Below are positions 22,791-35,000 of a stretch of DNA of 64,000 nucleotides, in pieces. How positions within the stretch are numbered: the stretch's first letter is position 1; every line of letters starts with the position of its first letter. Under the pieces are notes generated by a model, which was not told the DNA's origin, made no database searches, and worked only from the letters and a program-made list of their open reading frames with translations. The position numbers were made by a program, and so were the translations under genes. Source of the DNA: Takakia lepidozioides (taxonomy: Eukaryota > Plantae > Bryophyta). The stretch lies in contig CM060731.1 in NCBI GenBank assembly GCA_030704615.1, forward strand, positions 83,452,001 through 83,516,000. The letters are read 5' to 3'.

Positions 22791-25313
22791 TTACCAGACC
22801 TGCATAAGGTGGTTATCCACCAAGTTGCTTGTGGTTCCTCTGAGAGTGTGCTCCTCTATTTGTTTGTACACATCTAACTGCTGTTGTAAAGCCTCCATAC
22901 GCTTCGCATGAGGTTCAACCAAATTCGCATAGGCAGCAGCCAGATTATTGGCTTCCTTCCAAGCTTTGTTAGCCACAGAGAGTTCATTTCTATTGGCCAT
23001 GACCGTTTGTTGCAACTCCAGGATGTGCCTCTCTTGGTCAGCTTCAACCTGCCTGTATTGCTTGAAAGTATCCTCACTGCGACAGATTGTATTCTTCATG
23101 TCGACAATGAGTTTCATTTGCTCAACATTCTCTGCTTCTGCCTTCATACTTTTTTCCGCTTGACTGTTTATTTCTATTGTAGATTGGTCAAGCATAGTTG
23201 TGAGTGTAGCACATTGGATGGCCATCCTGTCATGCACTGTCTGCAACTCCGTATGTAGTGCATTTACTTGTTGCAACTTGCTTTCATGCTTCACCTGCAT
23301 TTGGTATAGCTGTTGCTTATGTGCTTCGTGCAACTGGTCTTGCGCGAGGCCTGCCTCAATCAATTGTTCCTTGGCCAATTGCAGAGCCGCTTCTGTATTT
23401 TCCAAAACCTGCTGCATCTTGAGAGTGACCTCCTCATCGACCTTGTTTGCACACTCAGTGGCTAGTCGAGCCTCAAACTCCTTCATGAGTTCCTCTCTCA
23501 AGGCTGTCAATTGGGTAGTTGGAACATGGGATTTGACATAAGTCCCCAACAAATTAAGTGTCCTGCCTATGGAACTCATCAGCATTGCCTGTTGAGGGTC
23601 ATCATGGTGAGGTTGCTGCTGTTCCTCCTGATCCTCAACCGTGTGATGTCTCACGAACCATTCAGGCCATTGTCCCACCGGATTTTCTTCCTGAACCACA
23701 TCATCCATCACCGGTGCTGCAGTGTCTTGACATTCTACCTGTGGTACCTCCGCCACAGGTGTGTGTATTATATGCACCTCAGGATTTCCCTTGGGCAACT
23801 GTTGCACCTCTGGAATCTCTGTCTCCTTGACCAGACCAGAATATTCATAGAGAAGGTCCCCCTTCTCAATTTCCGCCACTATCTGTTCTGTAGTTGGAAT
23901 ATCTAACCCTTCTTTTTCCAAATCAATTATTTCTGGTTGAGCTGCATGGACAACTTGTAACCTTGTGACAAGCCGATCAGCTGGCTGTGATGGTTGTGAT
24001 ACTGAAGTAACTTCCTCCTCCCTTTCTGAAGGTCCTGCTTCCAGTAATAGCAGTTCTCTGTGCTGTTGTGCCCCTTCCTGCACATGAGCTTGGGAAACAT
24101 TATCATGCGGAATCCGTGAAGCCAGTGGATCCGCGACTACAGTTTTTCCCCGTCTCTGCCTCTTAGTCTCGGGTTGCCCTGCTAGTCCACCCTCACTATG
24201 TGAAGAGCCTTGCTCTTCCATTGCAGTGGTTTCTGGCTCAAACACTCCCATCTCCTTTCTTTCTTGCGCATCAAGTATGCCAGAATCAAGAATTATTTGA
24301 GCAATGATTGGGCCAGGCACTATGATAGGAGACTTTGCGGTAGTACCTTGTAATCTTTTCATCTCCTCTACCAGTGCGTTGTACATTATGTCCGCCCATT
24401 CTACCTCTTGTCCTTTCAGGGCTTTGAGTATTTCCTCCGTGAAGGATCTGCTCAAATACTGTTGGTTCTGTTTCATGGCAATCAGAACGTTCAATACCTG
24501 GCCTACCTCCTTTAGCCCTGGGTACACGGCCTTGGTACAAGCATAACCCTGAGTTTTAAAGAAACTCCCTTCTTGGAATAAGTCCCCTATTTGCAGTCTT
24601 GCCCTGTGCTCCTCCACATGCACCTGACCTGCTGGCAATCGAAACAATTGCTGGAGGTATAGGGGAGTAATTACTAATTCAACTCCCTTCACCGTTGTTG
24701 TTCCTGTCCTTGGCTCAAAGTTCTGCAAGAATTGTAACATGTACTGTCTATGGTGCAATGTCCAATCTATGCTTTGCAATCCTTGCAATCTCAGCTCCTT
24801 TAGTATCTGTACTGCCTGTGGAGTAGCAATCGTTTGTTTCTGCAGGATTGTGGTGCTCTTCACCCTGATTTCCTCCATTCCTCTCACTCTCTTCATTCTA
24901 GACCCACAGAAATGTTTTGGCTGTAACAACTGAAGAAATGCCTGTAGTGCACAAAGCATAAACGTATGTTTGCCACAAAAAGCTATGGGTAATTTCTTGT
25001 AAGCCTGTGGGGCTTGCAAGCATCGCTCAAGAGAAAAGATCCGCTCTGTTGTTTTGTCCCTATGCCACTGCGTAAGTAGTATTGCAAGCGTATAGTCTGT
25101 TAGTTCCTCCATAGCTTCAAAGCTATCGCATTGATGGTTTGTCCCTTCGCGACGCCCGTTACTTAGAACGACGCCGTCTCTTGTGCCTAATTCCCCTCCA
25201 ATTTCTTGATCCCTTCTCTGGCTTTTGATTGGCTGTAACCGCTGTGACTGGATTTTTGATTTAATGTTCTTTAGTGAACTTTCCCTATTGGACTGTCCAC
25301 TAGGATTACACAT
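22791..25313 (-). CDS. Extra ORF1 of the LTR element (plant-retrotransposon-type VxGxxIxITP..LFxLP domain plus long coiled coil)
   Basis: 840-aa ORF. Homologous to the frameshifted ORFs at 61454-63973. Confidence 0.65.
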   Translation of the reverse strand: MCNPSGQSNRESSLKNIKSKIQSQRLQPIKSQRRDQEIGGELGTRDGVVLSNGRREGTNHQCDSFEAMEELTDYTLAILLTQWHRDKTTERIFSLERCLQAPQAYKKLPIAFCGKHTFMLCALQAFLQLLQPKHFCGSRMKRVRGMEEIRVKSTTILQKQTIATPQAVQILKELRLQGLQSIDWTLHHRQYMLQFLQNFEPRTGTTTVKGVELVITPLYLQQLFRLPAGQVHVEEHRARLQIGDLFQEGSFFKTQGYACTKAVYPGLKEVGQVLNVLIAMKQNQQYLSRSFTEEILKALKGQEVEWADIMYNALVEEMKRLQGTTAKSPIIVPGPIIAQIILDSGILDAQERKEMGVFEPETTAMEEQGSSHSEGGLAGQPETKRQRRGKTVVADPLASRIPHDNVSQAHVQEGAQQHRELLLLEAGPSEREEEVTSVSQPSQPADRLVTRLQVVHAAQPEIIDLEKEGLDIPTTEQIVAEIEKGDLLYEYSGLVKETEIPEVQQLPKGNPEVHIIHTPVAEVPQVECQDTAAPVMDDVVQEENPVGQWPEWFVRHHTVEDQEEQQQPHHDDPQQAMLMSSIGRTLNLLGTYVKSHVPTTQLTALREELMKEFEARLATECANKVDEEVTLKMQQVLENTEAALQLAKEQLIEAGLAQDQLHEAHKQQLYQMQVKHESKLQQVNALHTELQTVHDRMAIQCATLTTMLDQSTIEINSQAEKSMKAEAENVEQMKLIVDMKNTICRSEDTFKQYRQVEADQERHILELQQTVMANRNELSVANKAWKEANNLAAAYANLVEPHAKRMEALQQQLDVYKQIEEHTLRGTTSNLVDNHLMQVW

Positions 25314-25433
25314 ATGACAAGAATTTCGCTTTTCTTTACTTGCCGTTTGTTCCGTTCCCCTTTTCTGTATTCATTAATGGGCCCGCCATTCATCCGAATT
25401 GACGCGCTAAGTAGGTACTTTGACGGCCATTCT

Positions 25434-25933
25434 NNNNNNNNNNNNNNNNNNNNNNNNNNNNNNNNNNNNNNNNNNNNNNNNNNNNNNNNNNNNNNNNNNN
25501 NNNNNNNNNNNNNNNNNNNNNNNNNNNNNNNNNNNNNNNNNNNNNNNNNNNNNNNNNNNNNNNNNNNNNNNNNNNNNNNNNNNNNNNNNNNNNNNNNNNN
25601 NNNNNNNNNNNNNNNNNNNNNNNNNNNNNNNNNNNNNNNNNNNNNNNNNNNNNNNNNNNNNNNNNNNNNNNNNNNNNNNNNNNNNNNNNNNNNNNNNNNN
25701 NNNNNNNNNNNNNNNNNNNNNNNNNNNNNNNNNNNNNNNNNNNNNNNNNNNNNNNNNNNNNNNNNNNNNNNNNNNNNNNNNNNNNNNNNNNNNNNNNNNN
25801 NNNNNNNNNNNNNNNNNNNNNNNNNNNNNNNNNNNNNNNNNNNNNNNNNNNNNNNNNNNNNNNNNNNNNNNNNNNNNNNNNNNNNNNNNNNNNNNNNNNN
25901 NNNNNNNNNNNNNNNNNNNNNNNNNNNNNNNNN
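25434..25933. other. Assembly gap (500 N)
   Basis: Run of N. Confidence 1.
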
Positions 25934-26229
25934 AGATGCCTTCATTAGCAGTGCCGATTTTATCACTTGTGCCGCTTCTGCCAGTTGACCATCTACCCAT
26001 GCAGGTTTCTTGTAGCTTTTGAGAATCACAGGTAATTTTTGTGCTTGAAATCTGGCCCTCTTGGATGAATCTGGAACCCACACGAAATCCCTGCTCCTTC
26101 AGCTATCCATGCCTCTGCACAAATCATGCATACATCCTCGCCTTGCTGCTAGCAGCTAACAATGACAGCCTAGAATTGTCAAAGCAAACACTAGCAGGGA
26201 AAACAGGGTGAAATATGTTGAAGAAGGTA

Positions 26230-26760
26230 TCTTCACCCGTTTCCCCATCATTTGCTTTCAGGTGTCCAAAGCCCCATCCCGCGCTCCTGCTTTGCACACC
26301 CTGCAAGCATCGCATTCCACGACACCACATCTGGTTCAGCCATAGTGTTGAACACTCCCTTGGCATCCTCAATGCTCCCACCATTTAGCATACATGGCCA
26401 CCAGAGCATGTTCAGGATGACATCTGGTACAATTGCAGATTTGATGGTGTCACCAGGGATCTCTTTGCCCTTTTCTAAGGCTGCCAGACGCACACAAACG
26501 TTCTGTCGGCGGCCTTCACCCCTTCCCCCATCATTTGCTCAAAGGTTGGAGCCTCCATCCCGCACCCCAGTTGTGCATACCCTGCAAGCATCGCACTCCA
26601 TGACACCACATCTCGTTCAACCACAGTGTTGAACACTCCCTTGGCATCCTCGATGCACCCACATTTGGCATACATGTCCACCAGGGCAGGGGCAGTATTC
26701 AGAAGGACATGTGGTAATTTGACAGGCATTCACCTCCTGACTTGGCTATTCCCAACCCAT
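26230..26760 (-). pseudogene. PLS-class pentatricopeptide repeat (PPR) gene fragment
   Basis: ALVDMYAKCGCIEDAKGVF..DVVSWSAMLAGYAQ, DVVSWNAMLAG; frameshifted. Confidence 0.85.
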
Positions 26761-26861
26761 CCTGCCATTGGCAAGAGATTCCACAGAAACTGATAGTTGT
26801 CTGTTTGACTGTATAACTATGTATCTCTTGCTTTCTTACAGCTTGTACTGTGACACGCGTA

Positions 26862-27190
26862 ATGCTCTTGCTGTATTGAATCATTTCACGCCTTCAGGTT
26901 TCAGAACAAACATTACTGTCTTTCTTTATTAGACACGTGCACCAAGACAAAATCTCACCAAAAGATTGTTGGTGTTCAATAGTACCATACATGAAGATAA
27001 CTAGCACCAAAAGGGCATATGAAGCTTACACTGCTCTCCACTGGTATTAACCTGCACCAGGACAATGCTCTTGCTGTATTGAATCATTTCACGCCTTCAG
27101 GTTTCAGAACAAACATTACTGTCTTTCTTTATCAGACACGTGCACCAAGACAGAATCTCACCAAAAGATTGTTGGTGTTCAATAGTACCA
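26862..27190 (+). repeat. Two direct copies of a ~128-bp unit
   Basis: AATGCTCTTGCTGTATTGAATC..AATAGTACCATA at ~26861 and ~27064. Confidence 0.85.
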
Positions 27191-27192
27191 TA

Positions 27193-28890
27193 TGCTTGTG
27201 TCTGTAGTCAGGTAATGTCGGATTGGTCAGTGAGAACCTGCACCACGGTGCAGCTGAGCAGGCAGACATTGAAACACGGCCTGCTAAGACCAAGCTGACT
27301 CTCCCAAGAACCTTATAAACATCAGGAAGAATATCAAATCATGGTACTAACAGGAGCCAACAACCCACATTTGCAGGATGGACAAACTTCTCACATCGTA
27401 CATTAAGAAAAAGCCACACTTTGCGATTGCGGTTGTCGCACCCTCGTGAAGGATCTTTAAAAAGCTCATGCCAGCTCTGTTCCATGATTCAAATTCAGGG
27501 CGGAGTCTGATGAGAGGGCAAAACAGGCTAAAATAGGTCGAAGAAGAAGGTGCCCTCACCACATTGTCCTCGACCTTGTGTCATGACCCATGGAGGATTT
27601 GACTGAACATGAACCCAAGATGACCTCTAGTGTGTGCTGCTTGTGTCTGTAGTTTAGGTAATGTCGGATTGGTCAGTGAGAACCACCACGGTGCAGCTGA
27701 GTGGGCAGAGATTGAAACCGGCCTGCGAAGACCAAGCTAACTCTCCCAAGAACCTTGTAAACATCAGGAAGAATACCAAATCATGGTACTAACAGGAGCC
27801 AACAACCCACATTTGCAGGATGGACAAACTTCTTCACATCATACATTAAGAAAAAGCCACACTTTGCGATTGCGGTTGTCGCACCCTCGTGAAGGATCTT
27901 TAAAAAGCTCATGCCAGCTCTGTTCCATGATTCAAATTCAGGCCGAGTCTTCTGAGAGAGGGCAAAACAGGCTGAAATAGGTCGAAGAAGAAGGTGCCCT
28001 CACCACATTGTCCTCGACCTTGTGGCATGACCCATGGAGGATTTGACTGAACATGAACCCAAGATGACCTCTTATGTGTGCTGCTTGTGTCTGTAGTTAG
28101 GTAATGTCGGATTGGTCAGTGAGAACCTGCACCACGGTGCTTGCTGAGCAGGCAGACATTGAAACACGGCCTGCTAAGACCAAGCTGACTCTCCCAAGAA
28201 CCTTATAAACATCGAGAAGAATACCAAATCATGGTACTAACAGGAGCCAACAACCCACATTTGTAGGATGGACAAACTTCTTTACATCATACATTAAGAA
28301 AAAGCCACACTTTGCGATTGCGGTTGTCGCACCCTCGTGAAGGATCTTTAAAAAGCTCATGCCAGCTCTGTCCATGATTCAAATTCAGGGCCGAGTCTGA
28401 TGAGAGGGCAAAACAGGCTGAAATAGGTCGAAGAAGAAGGTGCCCTCACCACATTGTCTTCGACCTTGTGTCATGACCCATGGAGGATTTGACTGAACAT
28501 GAACCCAAGATGACCTCTAGTGTGTGCTGCTTGTGTCTGTAGTTAGGTAATGTCGGATTGGTCAGTGAGAACCACCACGGTGCAGCTGAGTGGGCAGAGA
28601 TTGAAACACGGCCTACTAAGACCAAGCTAACTCTCCCAAGAACCTTGTAAACATTAGGAAGAATACCAAATCATGGTACTAACAGGAGCCAACAACCCAC
28701 ATTTGCAGGATGGATAAACTTCTTCACATCGTACATTAAGAAAAAGCCACACCTTGCGATTGCGGTTGTCCCACCATCGTGAAGGATCTTTAGAAACTCA
28801 TGCCAGCTCTGCTCCGTGCTGTAAAATCAGGGCCGAGCGGGTAGAGATTGAAACACGGCCTGCTAAGACGAAGCTGACTCTCCCAAGAAC
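27193..28890 (+). repeat. Tandem repeat, ~445-bp unit, ~3.8 copies
   Basis: TGCTTGTGTCTGTAGT recurs at 27193, 27638, 28082 and 28528. A related copy lies at ~58780-59390. Confidence 0.9.
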
Positions 28891-29084
28891 GGCGGGCTCC
28901 AGCCGAAACCTCCTCGCACACATACCTTAGCGTTTCTAGGGTTGCTTGCTCCAGATGCGAAGGTTGATCCAACTGCGGGCCTCCCATGCATGTTTGCCCT
29001 CTCCTCCCGCTCGCTCGCTCTAAGTCCCAACCCTCTCTCTCTCTCTCCCTCCCTCCCGCTCACTCTAAGTCTGTTCACGCTACC

Positions 29085-29347
29085 GTGATGGGCAACTTTT
29101 TAAGTTTTTAACCTTTTGTAAACCCTGAAAGCCCTCTTTGATTTTTTTCTTTTTTTTCTTTTCTTAAAGGAAACCACAGGCCCTTGAGGAGGGGGGAAAA
29201 TTCACCCGCCTTCATTTATGGGCCATAAGACGTACAGGACGATCAACGCCCAGACATACCGTCATGAACAATCCCACACACGGGATAAGGCAGCGGGTTT
29301 GAACCCCAAACCACCAAGCGACACACTGTGCACTTACCAGCCGATGT

Positions 29348-29385
<38 letters not shown>

Positions 29386-29420
29386 AATATTGCATTTAAA
29401 AAAAAAATTCATTCTAGTGG
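29085..29420 (-). repeat. ~330-bp dispersed repeat with a Pol III B-box-like motif (tRNA/SINE-like); second copy at 59577-59893
   Basis: Minus strand GCTGGTAAG..GGTTCAAACCC; clear homology between the two copies. Confidence 0.5.
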
Positions 29421-29672
29421 TCAGAGTCTCCGTTTTTTCAAAATATAAATACTCATATATTATATATATAACCAGAAAAGCATGTGTCGACACGTGCAGT
29501 CATGTAGTGATTCATCCATGTGATGATCTGGCAAAATGCATTAGAGTGAGAGTCATGAAGTCATATGTCTTTATAGCAATATACACACGTCATTCCAGTG
29601 TAGCCATGACTGTGACTGGTAGTCATATCTTCCATGCCAATATTCGTGGTCAAACATGTTTGACCTGTGTTG

Positions 29673-31997
29673 TGTAGTGTGAAAAGAAGGGGCGTGAATC
29701 CCCTTCTGTGCAAGTCTAGTTGTGCTCTTCCCTAGGTCAATCGGAGGGAAGGAAAGGAGCTCTCCCTCTCAGCTGATCCAACCATCGTCACTCGGTGTGG
29801 GTTTCCATCAGGTCCTTCGTGATCAGAGTTCGCACAATCCTCATCCACGCCGCAGCGGAAGAGAAGACATGGATGGGGAGTCTGTATTGTTTTCACCCGT
29901 GGTTCTACTTCTACACGACATCCTTTCCCTGATACACTGCACCAGCCATGTTACCATGCGGTCTTCAGTGATGCAACCAGCCCTACGTCAGTGATGACCA
30001 CTGCCCTTGTGGGCAGCTCTCTTGGTCAACAATACGTGGAATCCCCTTTGTAACAAGATCACGATTTGGAAGGCGGCAACGCAGATCTGCCATGAGTTTG
30101 CAGGCCCACCAGTTTGGCCCTTCATGGGTTCATGCTTTCTTTATCTTACCTCCCCAATCATCCATTCCTCATCATAACCTCTTGCTGGTCAACTCTCTCC
30201 CTTGTGTCCTTTTCTCTCTCCCTCTCTCTTTCTTTCAGGATAAGTGGGTTCCTCACTCTTTCCACTGTAACATGCCTATGATGCAATGCAATGCGCATTC
30301 AGCCAAGCATCCAGTGCACCCAGCATTGAAATCAACCTTGGTCACACAAGATATAATCAGCCCTTTTATCAGTCCCTCTCTTGCCAATGACAGATGCTTC
30401 ACACTCCACTTTTCCCAGGTATAACCATTGCCCAAGACAGCTCTCAACCCTTCTACAGGTCTCAATTTACACACCCTGACAGCTCTCTTTTTCCCATCAG
30501 CTGTGAACCTCAGTGGTTCATGGGCTGAGAGCACTCTGAGAATCAGATCCAAACCCAAACAGATGCTGGTTTTTCTGCCCCATCCACATCATCCCTTCTT
30601 GTTGTTTCCAAACAGTTCTATCTAACCCTCTCTGGTTTCCTCTACCTACTAAGCTAGTTCCACATTGGCTGCAATGTGTCAACATCCCAGGCTAGATTGT
30701 TTGTACAAGCTCATGACGTTGAAACAAGGAACAAGAATACAACAACAGTAACCATTCTGTCCCAGCAACGAGTCTACCCTGTTTCCATTCATTTTCCTAC
30801 TGTACAATGTAATAGCAGGTGCATCCATCTCCAGCCCATCCTGGTTTGAAGTCCAGTGTCTTCATTCCATTTACAAAGCTCTTTTTCTTCCTCACATGTC
30901 AGTGTCTCTTACTACATACAAGAGACAGTTCAAACTTCACAAAGCGATTTCTAAGCAACCAAAAACCAAAAGGGGGGGAACACTCCTCAAACTTATCTGT
31001 CTTATACTCCTTGAAGTGGTGGGTCTGCCTGTCAAGAAGGCACCTTATCCTCTCCCTCGTCAGCCATCTCCGACGTTTCTTCTTATCGTGATTCCAGTCC
31101 TCATTAAGGCATGACGGCTCTGCTTCAGCTGCTGGCACATCCTTGTGCCTGCCAACCTCTACCCTATCCTTCTACATGTGCATTTCCTCCCTATGAGGTG
31201 ATCTGGTCCTACAGCCCTTAAGACAGAGAGCAGATACATAACTTATTTATAGATAGCTTAAGCGCCATACACACCAGAAGGCGGCACCGCTTCCTCTTGC
31301 ACAGAAAGCCAAGCCAGATCCCTCAACGTCACTCTTTAAGGCAAGCTGATTCCCTTACAAAGTGATCTGGTCCTACAGCTCAAAAACAGACAGCAGCTAC
31401 AAGATTTGATCACTGACAACCTGAGGCGATAATACACACCAGCCTGCATTTCTCATCCCCCAACACCTGCTGAGCCACTCCATCTCCTCATTAATGTGCT
31501 CACAAATACCATGGCGACAGCAGTGGTGCACCGCCCTTATCACAAACCCGATCCCTCAGGTTTGATCATTGCTTACGAAGAAGGCGGCACCGCTTCTTCT
31601 TGCACAGAAAGCCAAGCAGGAGCTCTTAACATTTCTCTTAAAAGCAAGCTGATACCCTTTGCGTAGGTGGAACCTTCTCAGATATCCTGTGCTGCCAACA
31701 CCACTGCAGCAGCTGCGAAAAGATCCACGCACTCTTCCCCTTCGAATTTCACATCCCGCTTCTAGGGTTCAACATCATGGATGAAAATCATTCATCCTAG
31801 GGATGAAAAAGGTGCATGTCATAACTTAGCCATATTTTGTTCTTGGCAGATAAATAGCATAGTCCTTCCATGGAATTACCTCAAGTTATGGTCAATTCCT
31901 CCCCTTCATTAGCACGAAGGGTACTCCCTTTGTAGTAGTGCCGAAACCTGATGCCAAACACAAACTTGAGATTTTTACTCCCTGCATTCACACTACA
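29673..31997 (-). repeat. 3' LTR of Ty3 element 2
   Basis: Matches 38593-40908 with about 4 differences seen, plus 10 extra terminal nt. Confidence 0.95.
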
Positions 31998-32008
31998 TAT
32001 GTAGTGTG

Positions 32009-32020
32009 TCTCCTTTTTTT
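32009..32020 (-). promoter_or_regulatory. Polypurine tract
   Basis: AAAAAAAGGAGA overlapping the integrase stop, 11 nt upstream of the LTR TG. Confidence 0.7.
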
Positions 32021-35000
32021 AAGTGTCAGGGTCCTCACTGACCACCTTTAACGGCTGAACACCTATTGGTGGTATGAAGGGTTTTAAATCCCTCCTACTT
32101 CTTACCCATTCCTTGTCTGCTCCATCTCTCAACCTGCATCTTCGTGCAGCTTCTCCAGTCTTGGTTGTGCTTCCTGCGTCCTTGTATCCCAAAAAGTCAT
32201 AGGGTCCCTCCCATGGAGATGTCATGGAAGACCTCTTTCCAGGTCTCAACATCATTACCTTGCTGTTCTCCATCAACGTGCAGTAAGTATGCCCTGTTTG
32301 ATGCCTTCTTTCATAATCTCTTGCCTGTTGACGCTGCCCTTTCTTCACACTCTTTCGCAGCTTTGCCTTCATCTCTGTGAGAAGCTGGATTTTCTGCTGC
32401 ATCATAAGTGTGACTTCTGCTACAGATCCATCAGAATTTACTGGTGTTGTAAGAAAATGCAACCTGTTGTCAATTCCCAGCCTGGGAATTCTACCAGTAA
32501 GTACCTGAAAAGGTGAGAACCCAGTGGAAGCATGGACACCCATTCTGTAACCAAACAGGGCCTTATAGAGATTCTGATCCCACTCAGTGTCGTTTCCAAC
32601 TCCTAGGGTGGTGATGCTCTGTTTGATGGACTTAATGACTCTTTCCACCATACCGTTACACTGAGGCCAGTAGGGGGCACTATGCTCCCTCTTTATACCG
32701 TATTCGTGGCATGTATCTTCAAACTCACCTCCCCACTCTGTGCCATTGTCAGTGAGCAACGTATGTGGGCAGCCATACCTGTCAATTACTTCTTCCTCAA
32801 GAAAGCGGGCAGCAAGGGCTGCTGTATGATCTGCCACTGGTGCAGCTTCTATCCATTTTGAGAAGTGATCGATTGCCACCAGAAAGTACTGATTGCCCCT
32901 GCTGGTTATAGGTAATGGTCCTGCCGTGTCAATTGCAACTCTGAAAAACAGATCCACTACTGGAATGCTATGAAGTTTTGAGCTACCTGAGCGCAACACT
33001 CCGTTCTGTTTGGCCATCTGACATTTACCACAGCCCTTGAGTACTTGCCTGATGAGTTTTGTTCTATCATGCCAGAAATAACGTCGGCATATCTCCTCTT
33101 GTGTTCTTCTGACTCCAAAGTGGCCAGTGGTTTCATGTACTTCAGTGATTATTGCCCCTCTGTCAGTCTTTGGTGGAACTACCCTTCCATCAAAGTAGAC
33201 CTCACCTTTGAGATAGGAGTACTGCCTTGCCCGCCTCTTGACTCTCTTGCTCTCCTCCTTTGTCAGGTAGTCATTGACTTCTCCAAAACATAAGAGGTGC
33301 ATGACCTCCACATCATCAAGCACATCAGGTTGCCTTTCCTCCCTAACAGCTGCTGTATGATGGTCAGAGCTGAGTAGAGAGCTTTTCCCACATCTTTCAG
33401 CCTCACGTAATAATGACATCTGAGTAGCTTTGGTGGGTGTGGTCCATGGTACCCAGTCCGCTTCATCAATCTTGTTGCAAGAAGAAGTGTCTTGTTCTGA
33501 ACCACTTGTTCCATCACTGTCTGAAGAACAAAACGTCTTGGTGGAACACTCACCCCCCATGTTTTTCTTGGCTGGGCATTCTGATGAGGAAGTCACCCGC
33601 GTTCTTCTTGTTGTTGGAGTGCTTGTCAAGTGTTGAAGGAATGGTGTCCCTTGCAAGCTTCCCTTTTCATTGTTCAATCTCTCTTCCACAAGTTCACAGG
33701 CTGGATGTACCTCGCTCAGCTGCTTATCACGAGCACAAGATCCTCGGGTAATCACATGGATGGTGGGACAAGAGGGCATCAGATGCTCCTTTTCCTTGTT
33801 GCTGATTGCAGTAGCCTCTATCCTTCCTGCACCCTTATCCTTCCAAATACCCTCCCTCACCAGATTGACAGAGCTTGATTGATCAATACCCTTTCCTTTT
33901 TTTTTTTTGTAGCAAAAGTCTGTGCAGCAAAAGTCACCCTCTTTCCTTCTCCATCTGGCATTATGCCTGGTTTCAGTTCTCCTTTCAATATGCCATGATC
34001 CTTGGTCAACATTCCACCTGTGGAAGATCTTACTATACCCGGAACGAACTCAAATGAAAAATCACCAAGTAAGTCTATGCCTATGTGGTGCTCTGAGTAT
34101 AGCCACCAATATGGATCTAGATCTGTTTCTAAAGAAAAATGACTTCCCAACAGTATTTCCTTGAAGTGCCAAAGGCCCCATACACATGCATAGTACTCTT
34201 CTCTTTTGCAAATCATCTCCCCTTTTTCACTGCTATACCCTACTTGCCTATGAGCTTCTTCTCTCAACTCCTCCTTCCCTCCTTAAATTGAAATAATGAA
34301 GCATTGATGGCACCCCTATCCCAAGCTAACTTAAGAAGATAGGCTCCATCCCTCTTTCTCCCTTCTCTTTTCTGACTGTACAGAGAAGTAGAGTATACCT
34401 CGATTTCCTCGGTTTCCTCAGCTGGTCCCACTGGATACCTGCTTAGTGCATCTACGTTAGCATGCCTAGCACCTGCTCTGTGAACAATTTTAAACTCAAA
34501 ATCTTGTAACATCATGATCCATCTACCCCTGCGTCCATATGCGTCACTTACCGTTGCCAACCATTCCAGTGGTTTGTGATCAGTCCTGATTACAAAAGGG
34601 GTTCCATACAGGTACTGTCGAAAATGTAATACTCCCCACACCAGTGCATAGCATTCACCCTCCATAGGGTGATATTTGCGCTGAGCATCAGATAGTACCT
34701 TACTGGCGTATGCAATGACCCTCTCCTTTTTATACTCCTTTTGTGACAAGACTGCCCCTACTCCTTTGATGGACCAGTCAACATCCAAGACGAACGGTCT
34801 TGAGAAATCTGGTCTTGCCAGGATGGGAGCAGTTACCAACTTCACCTGTAAGGTAGAAAAAGCGTTTTGTGCCTCTGCACTCCAGATAAACTTTACATCC
34901 TTCTTGGTTAGAGTGAACAAGGGTACTGCCACTCCAGCATATCCTTTGACATAGGGCCTATAGTACCCTGTCATGCCTAAGTAGCTTTTGAGAGCAGTGT

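Noticed and set aside
25271-26083. ORFs spanning poly-X
   Set aside because: Artefacts of the N gap.
27500-27560. Hammerhead ribozyme suggested by CTGATGAG..GAAA in the 445-bp repeat
   Set aside because: Stem II does not pair convincingly, there is no stem III plus UH cleavage site, and the core is not conserved among units.
29673-29683. CACTA termini at the Ty3 ends (CACTACA within the att sites)
   Set aside because: Orientation is TG..CA with a 4-bp TSD and paired LTRs, so these are retrotransposon att sites and the similarity is coincidental.
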